64,000 nucleotides of DNA from an uncultured bacterium (GTDB lineage: Bacteria > Patescibacteriota > Saccharimonadia > UBA4664): positions 455,113 through 519,112 of the forward strand of contig CAVRET010000001.1 of the NCBI GenBank assembly GCA_963720265.1, given 5' to 3'. Positions 47,343 to 56,873 of this stretch are shown here, one piece after another. The notes under the pieces are model-generated. The model did no database searches. It saw only the letters and a list, made by a program, of their open reading frames with translations, and had not been told where the DNA came from. Within the stretch, counting starts at the first letter, position 1; the number at the start of each line of letters is the position of its first letter. The translations under genes and the position numbers were made by a program.

Positions 47343-47759
47343 CTACTCGGCCGCGTGTTCCAGTACGAAAACGGGGATTTCGCGAGAGGTTTTGCTTTTG
47401 TAGTCGAGAAATTGCGGGTACTGGGCGGCGTGTTGGTTAAATAAGCGCTCGCGCTCGGCGCCGGTAGCTTCGGTGGCTCGGGCCGGGAACTTGTCGGTCC
47501 CCACTTCAACGGTAACTTCGGGATGCGCCTTTAGGTTATAGTACCAAGCCGGATTGTCGGGCGCGCCGCCTTTGGACGCGACTATAACCAAGTTGTCTGC
47601 GTCCGTGGTATACGCCAGCGGCTTGGTAAACGGCCGGCCGGATTTCGCACCAAGGCCCGAGACTAACAGCAGTTTAAGATGCTCAAAGTAGCCCCCGACA
47701 TGGCCTTTGTTGGCACGAAATTCATCAATTACGTTGGCGTTTGGGTCGGTGGTGGCCAT
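47343..47759 (-). CDS. Deazaflavin (F420H2)-dependent nitroreductase family protein (Ddn/DUF385-like)
   Basis: 138 aa; IDEFRANKGHVGGYFE...LLLVSGLGAKSGRP...NPAWYYNL matches the Ddn-like split-barrel family. Confidence 0.65.
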   Translation of the reverse strand: MATTDPNANVIDEFRANKGHVGGYFEHLKLLLVSGLGAKSGRPFTKPLAYTTDADNLVIVASKGGAPDNPAWYYNLKAHPEVTVEVGTDKFPARATEATGAERERLFNQHAAQYPQFLDYKSKTSREIPVFVLEHAAE

Positions 47760-47797
47760 GGCTAGTCTCCGTTATAACTATACAAAGTATAGCATGT

Positions 47798-48307
47798 TTA
47801 TTCTTGAAAACGCTGGGCGGTGAATTTCCAAACCTGTATCGCCTCATCCGGCGCGATGCCGGCTTTTTCGCGAGTAATGGCGATTTGGTCTTCAGCGGTT
47901 TCAACCCCCGGAAGGTCCGGCAGCAATACGCCTTGGCGGCCGTCGTCACTCGCAACCACGACGCCATACTGCACGGGGTTAACCGTCAGTGGGTTGGGCT
48001 CAGGCGTCAGCGGGCTGAGTACGTCGACGCTAATGTGCAGGTCCGGCAGCTCGGCCGCCTGGACTGGAGTAAACCGGTTGTCGCGGGTGGCAGCGCTGAC
48101 GGCGTTGGCCGCAGCTTCGGTGGCGACGTTGGCCGTGGTGGGCTCGATGGTGCCGATACAGCCGCGGAGCGAGCCGTCGCTACGTTCGAGTGTTACAAAA
48201 ACCCCGGCGCGGTAATTTACCTCGGGCGGCACACTGTCTAACGTGAAGTTTTGGCCGGTTGTCAGAAAAGTTTCGATGGCCTGCCGGGCCAGCGCGGGCA
48301 GATTCAT
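47798..48307 (-). CDS. AMMECR1 domain protein (AmmeMemoRadiSam system protein A-like)
   Basis: ...LRGCIGT... with a conserved Cys, 169 aa. Confidence 0.7.
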   Translation of the reverse strand: MNLPALARQAIETFLTTGQNFTLDSVPPEVNYRAGVFVTLERSDGSLRGCIGTIEPTTANVATEAAANAVSAATRDNRFTPVQAAELPDLHISVDVLSPLTPEPNPLTVNPVQYGVVVASDDGRQGVLLPDLPGVETAEDQIAITREKAGIAPDEAIQVWKFTAQRFQE

Positions 48308-48939
48308 GCGGTGGCCTGCTGCTGTGCTGTCGGTCTGAAGGTCGCCACCAGGTAGCCGACGCCGAACGGTCCTTCATACGAGCGGACCTGTGGCTCAAAC
48401 TCTGTATCCCGAAGCGCACCGAGTAAGAACAAAATCGAACGCAGTCCGCACTCAGCGCCGTGCTCAAGTGTGGCCGGGTCGAGGTTAAGGAGGGCTGCAT
48501 CGTCGTGGTCACGGACGGCCCGCACAATGAGCTCGTCGAGCTTTGGCCCGGCCGGGTCAAACCCATACGGCCCATCAGATCTCAGGACATGGGATAGATC
48601 GCCGGATGCCACAATGGCGGTTCGCTGTGACGATAGGCGTATTTGCTCGCCGCGGCGGCGGCCAAGTTCGTAATAATAATCATATGACGGCTCGGTGACC
48701 AGGATTTGCTCAATCGGCAGGTCGTTCGGCAGATGCGGGCTCACGTAATACAGCGGCACTTCAAAGCCGTGGCCCTCGTGCGGCGAGATAACAATAAGCT
48801 CCTCCGGCCGACTCGCGCCCAGCTCTTCGGCTGCGGTCGTAAGGGCTGCAATGGTAGCAACTACCTGCTTCGTGTCGTCCTTGCCGATTGCGGGGATGAT
48901 GACCGGCGGGTGGGGTGAAATAAGACCGAATACGAGCAT
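48304..48939 (-). CDS. Memo1-like/AmmeMemoRadiSam system protein B-like (extradiol dioxygenase class III-like), shorter than is typical
   Basis: His-containing Memo-like N-terminal motifs (ISPHPP..., VISPHEGHG). 211 aa, translationally coupled to the AMMECR1 gene. Confidence 0.55.
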   Translation of the reverse strand: MLVFGLISPHPPVIIPAIGKDDTKQVVATIAALTTAAEELGASRPEELIVISPHEGHGFEVPLYYVSPHLPNDLPIEQILVTEPSYDYYYELGRRRGEQIRLSSQRTAIVASGDLSHVLRSDGPYGFDPAGPKLDELIVRAVRDHDDAALLNLDPATLEHGAECGLRSILFLLGALRDTEFEPQVRSYEGPFGVGYLVATFRPTAQQQATA

Positions 48940-49030
48940 GAGTCCATTATACGGCTAATTGACATGTACGCTCTTATCTGTTATCATGTATAACTAGTCG
49001 TTTCCAACTAACAGGTTTCCGATCCAAGAA

Positions 49031-49555
49031 ATGGGGTGGGAAGTGCGACTCGATGAGAAGCAGGCGACGCGCGGGTCAGTCAGCGCCGAGCAGGCCGTTG
49101 TGAACGCACTTGATGCTGCCGGCGGTCTCATCACCGGTGACCCGCTGGTGTTCTATGACCAGTTGTCCGCGCACACCGGCATCGATACCAGGCGCCTGGC
49201 CGCGGCAGTCGACCGTCTTCATGCGAAGCGTAAGATCTGGAAGCTCCTGGCCTACTCAACTCCCCAAAACCGAGGCCCAAAACCGCCGCGATACGTGGCC
49301 GGCCTCGTTGACCGGAAGGGCAGCCGGCGCCCGGATCGCGACGTCAGTCATCTGGGATACTTCGAGCCCAAGTTATCCCGGCCGTTCTGGCCTAATTCAG
49401 AACATCTGGCGCAACTGAGCGCCCCGACGAACGTGTCGGGGCGCTTGCCATATCTAGCTGCTGGAACCGGTCGGTGCATTGACGAGGGCCGTATTTTACA
49501 GCATAATTTGTTATCCCAGGGTCCATCTCGGCGGCGCCGCGTCGCCGAGCAGTAG
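49031..49555 (+). CDS. Hypothetical protein
   Basis: 174-aa ORF, no family assignment. Confidence 0.3.
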   Translation: MGWEVRLDEKQATRGSVSAEQAVVNALDAAGGLITGDPLVFYDQLSAHTGIDTRRLAAAVDRLHAKRKIWKLLAYSTPQNRGPKPPRYVAGLVDRKGSRRPDRDVSHLGYFEPKLSRPFWPNSEHLAQLSAPTNVSGRLPYLAAGTGRCIDEGRILQHNLLSQGPSRRRRVAEQ

Positions 49556-49571
49556 CTTGAGGGGAGAACTC

Positions 49572-50099
49572 ATGGGAGCGGTCGAGATTTTGATTGGCGC
49601 AGCATCGGCGATTTTTAGCTTTATGGTGCCGGTGCGACTCAACAAGTACCCGTATGAGGAGCCGAGCCTGCAGCACACCAGGATGTCGATGCGCGAGGTG
49701 AACCACGTTATGCTCATCGGAGCGCTGTCGATGCTGTTGAATCTCCTGCTGGTTTTGGGTGCGTTCCTAGTTTCGCGTGACAGCTGGGTCTTCCATGGGA
49801 CGCTTTTGGGGCTTGGCTTTTTGACCTGCTTCCTCAGCGCCGTCGGTATTGGCCTTGGGGTCAAACCGAGACCGGTTGGTCAACAGTGGTGGCCAATACG
49901 GCGGGTGATGCCTGCGGTAAGCGCGGCTTGGGCGTTTCTTAGGTGGGTGGCGCCGCCGACCTGGAGGCTGGTTTGCCAATTGGGACCGCCGGCGAAATTC
50001 GTGTGGGATCCAATTTGGCGGCGGCTGTTGCGCCGGCCCACCTACCCGGTCCGCAGGTGGCTTCGGAGAGTTCGGAACTACCGCCGGAGGGCGCTATGA
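49572..50099 (+). CDS. Hypothetical membrane protein with Arg/Trp-rich C-terminus
   Basis: Internal start MGAVEILIGAAS; three TM helices. Confidence 0.35.
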   Translation: MGAVEILIGAASAIFSFMVPVRLNKYPYEEPSLQHTRMSMREVNHVMLIGALSMLLNLLLVLGAFLVSRDSWVFHGTLLGLGFLTCFLSAVGIGLGVKPRPVGQQWWPIRRVMPAVSAAWAFLRWVAPPTWRLVCQLGPPAKFVWDPIWRRLLRRPTYPVRRWLRRVRNYRRRAL

Positions 50100-50213
50100 T
50101 GGGCCGGGCGATGTGGCCGGTGTTGCTTGCAAGCGTGCAGGCGACACCGGCCATTGGCATGTTTGCGCCTTTGTGGACTGGTTTTTATATAACGGTTATG
50201 CTTAACTTGCGCT

Positions 50214-51137
50214 ATGACAAAGACAAAAACTACCCCAACCCCAAAAACGCATCATTACATTCGGACGCCGCTGGCCGCACTGTTTGGTACGTTGGCTTTG
50301 CTGTTAGTGTCGGCCGGCATTTTGGTAGTTTGGGCTGACCGCACGCTAACTGATACGCCAACCTACGTGCAGGCCGTCGGGCCGGTGCTCGCGAGACCTT
50401 CGGTGCAGGATTTTGTGGCCGATCAGGTAACCAACCAGCTTCTGAACTCAGCACCGACCGCGGATCTGGCAAGCGCATTGTTGCCGGCAGACGAAACGGC
50501 CGGCCAGACGCCTGAACAGCTTCAGACTTTACTCAAGCCAAAAATTCATGCCGATGTAGTGCAGATTTTGCAATCGCCGCAAATTCAGGCAGCCTGGAAA
50601 TCGACTAACAAACAAGCGCATACGCAGTTTATTAACCAGCTTAACGCCAATGCCTCGCAGGTCACGCTTAACCTGGGACCGTTTGTGGACGCGGTGCTGG
50701 CGCAGCTTAAACAGTCTCAGCTCGCACCAGTTGCGAACCAGATTAATTTGCAGCCGAGTAATGCCATGGTTACGCTCAAGGGCGCACCGCTGGAGCGTAT
50801 TCACGATGGTTACCATTGGCTTACGACCGGCACCTTGCTGATTGTGTTGCTGGCGATCTTGTTGGCGGCGGCGAGTATTGCGATTTCGGTACATCATGCC
50901 AAGACATTGCGGCGGATGCTCATTAGTACCGGGGTCTCGGCGCTGCTGGTAGCAGGCTTGATCGCGCTGCCTTCCGTCGTGCGACCTGGCGGTAATGCGC
51001 GAGGGAGTGCGGCGGCATTCGCACTGGCCGAAACACTGCTCCATGGCCTGCAAGTGGCCTGCTTAATATTGGGATTTGTGTGCATTACGCTCGCACTGGC
51101 TAGCAAGTTGTACGAGCATTTTCGCAAGCACGCGTAA
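50214..51137 (+). CDS. Hypothetical membrane protein (N-terminal TM, large periplasmic/extracellular region, C-terminal multi-TM)
   Basis: 307-aa ORF. Confidence 0.45.
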   Translation: MTKTKTTPTPKTHHYIRTPLAALFGTLALLLVSAGILVVWADRTLTDTPTYVQAVGPVLARPSVQDFVADQVTNQLLNSAPTADLASALLPADETAGQTPEQLQTLLKPKIHADVVQILQSPQIQAAWKSTNKQAHTQFINQLNANASQVTLNLGPFVDAVLAQLKQSQLAPVANQINLQPSNAMVTLKGAPLERIHDGYHWLTTGTLLIVLLAILLAAASIAISVHHAKTLRRMLISTGVSALLVAGLIALPSVVRPGGNARGSAAAFALAETLLHGLQVACLILGFVCITLALASKLYEHFRKHA

Positions 51138-51143
51138 TACGCT

Positions 51144-52832
51144 TTAGAGGTTGTAGTTGGTCTTGAGGTAACCATCGTAACTCGACCGGCGTAGGCGGAA
51201 GAGCACGAAGGCGACCCCGCCCCCAACCAGGCCGATGAGGAGGAAGATCAGTGCCAGGGCGCTCCAGGGGAAGCCGGCGGATGCCGTAGCCAGCACCAGC
51301 ACTGAGTTGGACGTGGTAGAGCTGAAGGCAACGGTCGTCGATTTGGCGGTAACCGGGCTGCTGCTGACGGCTGTGAGGCTGCCGTTGTTGTCAGCCGTGA
51401 AAACGGCGGGCGCAGTCAGGCCTTTGAGATGGTTTTTTATTTGCAGAGACCAGCTCAACGGTGCTGCGAAGGTGAGAATTTGATTGCCGCCTGCGTCTTT
51501 GCAAACCAGTTGGTACGGACCTAGGGCAATACGCTTGGTTTTGGCAGCCGTGACCTTGACGGAATTTGCGGCCACGGAGCAGTTGGCTGTGCCGGAGATG
51601 GCGGCGCTCGGAACTGTAACTGAGGCGAGGCCGTCGGAGCTCGTATAGGTGGATGCGCCGGAACTTGAGGTATTGCCCACAAATGCCGGCGTGGTGGCAT
51701 CGGCGAAGGCATAACCTGAAATATTGCCGTCGGTATTTACAGCCGAGACCCGGTAGTAGTAATGAATGCCGAAATCGACGCCGGTATCGGAATAGGAGGT
51801 GGATGTAATGTCGTTCGCGACGAGAGCCCATGTGCTTTGGTCGACAGATCGCTCGAGGGTGTAGGTATTGGAGTCCGCGTTGCCGTTGGCATTCCACGAT
51901 AGCGTAACCACAGCATTGGAGCCGGTAACTTGAGCTACGAAATTGGTCGGGGTCTCAGGTACTGCCGCTGCCTGGTTGTCCGAGCCGCCGGAACCGAAAA
52001 TACTATTGAACGCACTGCTAAAGGCGTCGCTACTGCCGCCGGAGCCGCTACCTGAGCCGCCCGAACTGCTGCCGGTATCGCTGCCTCCGCCGGAGCCACC
52101 TGAACCACCGCCTGAGCCGCCCGAGCCGCCACCACTGCCACTGCCGGGATTTGGTGTAGGTGTGGGGGTACTGCCCCCACCACCGCCGGGATTGGGCGTT
52201 GGCGTGGGGGTTGCCTTTGGCGTGGGGTTGGGGGTGGGATTGGGCGTTGGTGTAGGAGTCTGCGGTGGCCCGGTATAGGAAGACTGATACCAGTCGTATT
52301 GAGGGAACACGCTACAGGCCGCGATTTGCAGCTGAGCGCCGCTGGTCGACGCGTTCGTGTCGTCCAAACACTTCCCGGATTGCTGGCCTACTAAGTTATT
52401 CCCTGACCAGTACCAGAGCTGGTTGGCACCGCCGGTGCACTGGTACAGGTCAACTAGTGTACCGGCGGCGATACCACTTCCTTGGACGTCGAGACAGTAC
52501 CCCTGATCTGTCACAGTGCCGTCCGGGCTGTATGCCCATTGTTGGTCGACCTCGCCGTTACACGCCTCAACGTCAACTTTGGCGCCGTTAGAGGTTATGT
52601 TATTAACATCAGTTAAGCAGTAGTTGCTGATGGCAGAAGTAATTTCCGGCGTGGCCGCATGTGTGCCCTGGCGGACATAAATGCCAACGGCTGTGAATAT
52701 CAGCAAAAAAGCAGCCGCGGTCAAGGTGTTGAGCGACCGACGGCTGATTACGCCAAAATCATAGAGCCTGGGCGCATGTCCGGCGACGGCCGGGCCCGAA
52801 TGCGGCTTTTTGGCTTGGCCGAAGTTGATCAT
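51144..52832 (-). CDS. Surface protein: ricin-B-like lectin (QxW repeats), Pro/Thr and Gly/Ser linker, fibronectin type III domain, C-terminal TM anchor
   Basis: QxW motifs (VDQQWAY, ANQLWYW, QYDWYQ), PTPTPNPTP.../GSGGGSGGSGGG low-complexity, an FN3-like region (YYYRVSAVNTDGN), and C-terminal WSALALIFLLIGLVGGGVAFVLFRLRR. Confidence 0.55.
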   Translation of the reverse strand: MINFGQAKKPHSGPAVAGHAPRLYDFGVISRRSLNTLTAAAFLLIFTAVGIYVRQGTHAATPEITSAISNYCLTDVNNITSNGAKVDVEACNGEVDQQWAYSPDGTVTDQGYCLDVQGSGIAAGTLVDLYQCTGGANQLWYWSGNNLVGQQSGKCLDDTNASTSGAQLQIAACSVFPQYDWYQSSYTGPPQTPTPTPNPTPNPTPKATPTPTPNPGGGGGSTPTPTPNPGSGSGGGSGGSGGGSGGSGGGSDTGSSSGGSGSGSGGSSDAFSSAFNSIFGSGGSDNQAAAVPETPTNFVAQVTGSNAVVTLSWNANGNADSNTYTLERSVDQSTWALVANDITSTSYSDTGVDFGIHYYYRVSAVNTDGNISGYAFADATTPAFVGNTSSSGASTYTSSDGLASVTVPSAAISGTANCSVAANSVKVTAAKTKRIALGPYQLVCKDAGGNQILTFAAPLSWSLQIKNHLKGLTAPAVFTADNNGSLTAVSSSPVTAKSTTVAFSSTTSNSVLVLATASAGFPWSALALIFLLIGLVGGGVAFVLFRLRRSSYDGYLKTNYNL

Positions 52833-52975
52833 ACATAAGCATTTTACATCTTTCGATGCTGAAATGTCATAATGGCGCGGGATCGGACTGGGAGCAAAAA
52901 ATAATTTCGTTGCGATCTTCATCGCGGCGCAGCCTGGGGCTGCGCCGCGATGAAGCGTCGTCTGCGTGCCGGAGC

Positions 52976-53537
52976 TCAGACCCCGGCCATCTCCGGCTTG
53001 GCGATGGCGCGCGCGCTAACGGCAGGCGGCAGCCGCTCGAACACGAGCTCGCGTTCGCCGACGCCTTCGACGGGGATCGTCAGGACCACCTGGCCATCTG
53101 TGATGTCATACGTGCCTGCAGGCTGGTCGGGACGGCCGCAGTCGAGGTTCTCGGCCGCAACGTAGCCTCCGGGACACCTCCAGTCCGGATTGAGCTCAGG
53201 AATGCCGCCGGCGACGATGGTCAACACCCCGGCATTCACTGCGATAGCGATGCTCGCCTCGCCGTCTCCTGCGACGGTCGTGAACTCCGCACTGTCGATG
53301 ATCGTGAACTCGGCGCTGTTCAGAATCCAGCAGGCGAAGAAGGGGTCGGCCGGAGGCTCCGCGGGCCTCGACCGCACCGCCAGCCCCCAGGGCGAACTTT
53401 ATGTCGTGTGTGGGGTCGCGCTGGATCATCGTGACGAGGCCCTCCACGAGCAGGCCTTTGAGTGCGGCCACGATACCCGGAGCCGTTTTCGGCGTGATCT
53501 GGCCGCTCGACGGGAAGGTAGCGCTACTGATTGTCAT
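52976..53537 (-). pseudogene. Hypothetical gene apparently split by a frameshift (N-terminal part in ORF 53196..53537, C-terminal part in ORF 52976..53377) and containing a ~24-bp internal tandem duplication (53281-53335)
   Basis: Two overlapping minus-strand ORFs each have a plausible half and an Arg-rich nonsense half. The direct repeat TCGTGAACTCnGCnCTGT... encodes AEFTIIDSAEFTTV. Confidence 0.3.
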
Positions 53538-53635
53538 TCTGCGTAGACCTCCAGGGTCACGTAGGTTGCAGTTGCGTTGAATATTATAAATTATTATCTA
53601 ATATATGTCAATATAGGCGAAACGTGCATGGCTTT

Positions 53636-54040
53636 TTACTCGCGGTAGGCCTGTTTTAAGGTGAGGTGGGCGAGATAAAAGCTGGCTGCGGCCAGCGGCA
53701 GCTCGAGCAGGAGAGCCGCCGCTATGGCCTGGGCGAGTTCAGGGCCCGGACGCGCGCTCATAACATCGAACCAAGCGTCCATGACGAGCAGTCCGCCGGT
53801 GAGTGTAGCGGCCATCACGATCCAGAGCGATTTCTTGAGTGCCGCCAGGCCGGTGGACAGCAGGCAGACCACCAGCGCCGCGTCCACGCCGAGCCAAATC
53901 ACGTCCCAGTGCCTGACCACGTGGTGCGCCCTGAGTGTGTCGTACAAAAATAATGTCCACGGCACGAGGATGATCGCGGCGGTGATATATATCGTGGCCG
54001 CCCAGGTGGGGATATGAAAATGAAGCTTGGGACGACGCAT
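53636..54040 (-). CDS. Hypothetical membrane protein (4 TM)
   Basis: 134-aa hydrophobic ORF. Confidence 0.4.
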   Translation of the reverse strand: MRRPKLHFHIPTWAATIYITAAIILVPWTLFLYDTLRAHHVVRHWDVIWLGVDAALVVCLLSTGLAALKKSLWIVMAATLTGGLLVMDAWFDVMSARPGPELAQAIAAALLLELPLAAASFYLAHLTLKQAYRE

Positions 54041-54119
54041 AGTTCTAGTTTACCCCCGTAAGCTGAGAATTTGGCCGTTTCGCTTATGCTGTCTGGTTGC
54101 AATTTGTTACTATTATATT

Positions 54120-54452
54120 GTGATGCCCAACGGCCTGGACCATATTGATCGCTATGTATATCGCTACCTGTTTGCGGCCGTGGTGGTGCTGCTAACTTCC
54201 GGTACGGTGTTTTTCCATTACGTTGAAAAACTGCGGTGGCTGGACGCTTATTATTTTTGTGTCGTCACGCTGAGTACCGTTGGCTACGGTGACATCGTGC
54301 CAAAAACTGATCTTGGCAAATTTGGCGATACCATTTATATCATGTTGGGAGTGGGTGTGCTGACCACCTTTATTTCGGCTACCGTCAGACGGCGGGGCGA
54401 CCGGATGCGGGCGAAATTGGGCGTGCAGGGTACCGGCCAAAAATCGCCCTGA
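54120..54452 (+). CDS. Two-TM potassium channel family protein (selectivity filter TVGYGD)
   Basis: ...YFCVVTLSTVGYGDIVP... Start set at internal MPNGLDH. Confidence 0.65.
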   Translation: MMPNGLDHIDRYVYRYLFAAVVVLLTSGTVFFHYVEKLRWLDAYYFCVVTLSTVGYGDIVPKTDLGKFGDTIYIMLGVGVLTTFISATVRRRGDRMRAKLGVQGTGQKSP

Positions 54453-54490
54453 TTTGTTTTTCTTTGCTAGTTATGCTGTAATCGTTATGT

Positions 54491-54517
54491 CCGTCGGAGG
54501 TAACCGGCGGTTTTTGG
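54491..54517 (+). terminator. Intrinsic terminator CCGTCGG-AGGTAA-CCGGCGG followed by TTTTTGG
   Basis: Seen directly, 39 nt after the K+ channel stop; 7-bp stem with one G-U pair. Confidence 0.55.
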
Positions 54518-54579
54518 TTTGGCACCAAGGTTGCCAGCCCGCCATCTGGCGTTCAGAATAGTCATATCTTGGAGTTTGC

Positions 54580-55131
54580 ATGTATTGCAGTAATTGCGGA
54601 TTAAAGTTACACAAAACTGACCATTATTGTCCAAAGTGCGGGACTGCGGTGGTGGCACCGGCCGAGCGCAAGCACCAGCAACTGCAGCACGATCATCTGC
54701 CGCACACACGTGAGCACAGCACGCCGGTGGGGCGGCGGATCGCGGTGGTGTTGTACGTGCTGGCGTATTTGGCGGCGGTGGCCGCGGGCGTCGAGGTTGG
54801 ACTGACCGTTCATCAGGCGCTGTCGGCACCCAATCCGCAGGCGAGCTATGTAACGTGCCGTGACAGCGTAAGAGTGCCATATAAAACACTCGGCATTCGT
54901 AACCCAACGAGCGATCCCGGGCACGACGCGATAATGATTGATTTGGCCTGCCATAACTTGGGCGGCAACTCATACACCAATGTTGTGCGCAACGGCTCCA
55001 AGTGGTCGGCCTGGGAATACGGCCTAGCCGTGTTTGCGGGCGGCGCGATTTTGATTGAACTTATTAAGGGTACTCTGGTGTACCTGGTGAAAGGCTATTT
55101 CCCCGGGCCTGGAACGTTAAACCGGCGCTAA
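54580..55131 (+). CDS. Zinc-ribbon (CxxC...CxxC) domain membrane protein
   Basis: MYCSNCGLKLHKTDHYCPKCG N-terminus, central TM, C-terminal TM. Confidence 0.5.
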   Translation: MYCSNCGLKLHKTDHYCPKCGTAVVAPAERKHQQLQHDHLPHTREHSTPVGRRIAVVLYVLAYLAAVAAGVEVGLTVHQALSAPNPQASYVTCRDSVRVPYKTLGIRNPTSDPGHDAIMIDLACHNLGGNSYTNVVRNGSKWSAWEYGLAVFAGGAILIELIKGTLVYLVKGYFPGPGTLNRR

Positions 55132-55277
55132 GACTAAGGCTTGTGACAACTTAACGTGCCGGTGACTCGGTACTGCAACTACGAGCTGTACCGGGTTTTA
55201 GTTTTGTGGTTTAATGAGTCGATTCTGCCCAATCCGGGTGGATGTAAGGATTCGCGACCTGAGGGAGTTGAGCGTGC

Positions 55278-56336
55278 GTGATTTCCGATAGTACACCGCG
55301 CGAGATATGCGCATGGACGGTCAGTCGGCTTAAGGGGTACCAGCGCCAATACATCATGCTCATTACCAGCACGGTCTGGGCGAGTTCTGTACTGGAGATC
55401 GCCCTTGTTATTGAGCGGTCGATTGAGCAGCCGGGCGGCCGTGAGGCGTGGATGGCCTATGCCGACCAGCCTAGGTTGGTGGATGCACTGCTGGCAGCTG
55501 AGAGAGAGCTTCTCGAAGCGGTTAAGGTGTATTTTAGACTGGCGCCGCAACCGAGCGCGTTCAGATTTAATCGCGTGCCACAGAACCTGGCCGAGGTGTT
55601 GCCGCAGATTAAGGCCGAGGCCGCCGTTGGCGGCGCTATTTTCCGGGTTTTGTCCGCGCTCGGGTCGATTCACGCCTACGGCAGCGATGAGGAACGCGAT
55701 CTCCATGACCTGTTCGTCCGCTACGGGCGGGCGGTCGACCTGGAAGTGCGGCTCAATTTGGCCTGGGCGATGCGTCAGGTTGTCGCTGATCTTTGGCAAA
55801 CTTTGTGCTATATGGCTTGGGGAAAGTACGAATTCGCGGCGCCGGCCGAGACTAGGCTGCCGGAATGGCCCAACCTCAATCCACGTGACCCCGAGCGCTG
55901 CCGGCAACTAGCAGCTCATGCCATGTCGACGCTCCAGATCATCGAGCTTTTCACCTCGGCCGGCGACACATTCCTTATCCACGAAGACTGCGAGGCCTGC
56001 CATACCGGCCATCAAGAGCAACGTGACGATTGCACTCGGCGCGGGCTGGCGGTTGCCAGGGCGGTGGCGGACTTCATCGCTGACCTTGACAGCCGGGAGG
56101 ACCAAGTATTACGGCTCTATTCCAGGACGCAGGCGGCTTTCCAGGAATGGAGCCGTCTGCGTACATGCCGGGCGGCCTTGATCCGTGGGACCAAGGCCGC
56201 CGTGTCGGGCCGCGTGCTGCCGGGTTTGTTGCCCGCTGTAAGCGGGACGGACGGACTTCTCGGGCCAGTTCTTCGCGAACGATCTGGCGGATTTCGGCCC
56301 GCTTGGCCCAATGCCGTGTGGCCACCACAACGATGA
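55278..56336 (+). CDS. Hypothetical protein (C-terminal boundary uncertain)
   Basis: 352-aa ORF with balanced composition. The overlapping minus ORF 55179..55907 is Arg-rich antisense-like. The last ~60 codons overlap the convergent membrane gene. Confidence 0.4.
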   Translation: MISDSTPREICAWTVSRLKGYQRQYIMLITSTVWASSVLEIALVIERSIEQPGGREAWMAYADQPRLVDALLAAERELLEAVKVYFRLAPQPSAFRFNRVPQNLAEVLPQIKAEAAVGGAIFRVLSALGSIHAYGSDEERDLHDLFVRYGRAVDLEVRLNLAWAMRQVVADLWQTLCYMAWGKYEFAAPAETRLPEWPNLNPRDPERCRQLAAHAMSTLQIIELFTSAGDTFLIHEDCEACHTGHQEQRDDCTRRGLAVARAVADFIADLDSREDQVLRLYSRTQAAFQEWSRLRTCRAALIRGTKAAVSGRVLPGLLPAVSGTDGLLGPVLRERSGGFRPAWPNAVWPPQR

Positions 56337-56766
56337 ACCCGAACAGAGCCAGCAATGCGCAGACGAAGGCGGAGTCGGCCGCCAACCTAGCGGCGTGCAA
56401 TTCGGCCGGCACATTGGCGACTGAATTTATGACATCGACGGCCGGTTTGGTAAAACTGCTGAAGATGCCCGGCGCACTGATGTGTAGGCTCCCGCGCTCG
56501 TCGGGCGGGAGCCACCTGAGATCGCTAAAGTGCAGTAGCGAGCAGACTGCCACGGTAAGTGATGTGAAGGCCAGCGCGAGGGCACCGTTTCGTATCCCGA
56601 GCGACCATTCGGGTTTGGCTATGCCCTTTCTGCGCGCCCGCAGGTACGGACCCGCGGCAGCCAGCACTGTTACGAGTGGGATGAGCCAGATGCGTGATTG
56701 CGCTACAAGCCATGACCAGTTGTTGAGCTGCTCCAACGCCCATTGCACTTGCCGCATATGCTCCAT
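56074..56766 (-). CDS. Hypothetical membrane protein (C-terminal boundary uncertain)
   Basis: Hydrophobic N-terminal two thirds; the Arg/Pro-rich tail is probably read-through. Confidence 0.35.
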   Translation of the reverse strand: MEHMRQVQWALEQLNNWSWLVAQSRIWLIPLVTVLAAAGPYLRARRKGIAKPEWSLGIRNGALALAFTSLTVAVCSLLHFSDLRWLPPDERGSLHISAPGIFSSFTKPAVDVINSVANVPAELHAARLAADSAFVCALLALFGFIVVVATRHWAKRAEIRQIVREELAREVRPSRLQRATNPAARGPTRRPWSHGSRPPGMYADGSIPGKPPASWNRAVILGPPGCQGQR

Positions 56767-56873
56767 CGCCCCTCCTAGATTCGCGAATGCGTGGGTGATA
56801 GCATTTTAGGGGTAGTGAGGCGATCTGTTAAGGTCAAGAGTTATGATATGATCGGTTTGTACCCTTAATAATT

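Noticed and set aside
52000-52270. Gly/Ser/Pro/Thr-coding low-complexity DNA as a possible repeat array or CRISPR
   Set aside because: It is an in-frame linker (PTPTPNP... / GSGGGSGG...) inside the surface-protein gene. There are no regular repeat-spacer units and no cas genes in the window.
55179-55907. 242-aa minus-strand ORF
   Set aside because: Arg/Pro-rich antisense-like translation. The plus-strand 352-aa ORF is the better coding candidate.
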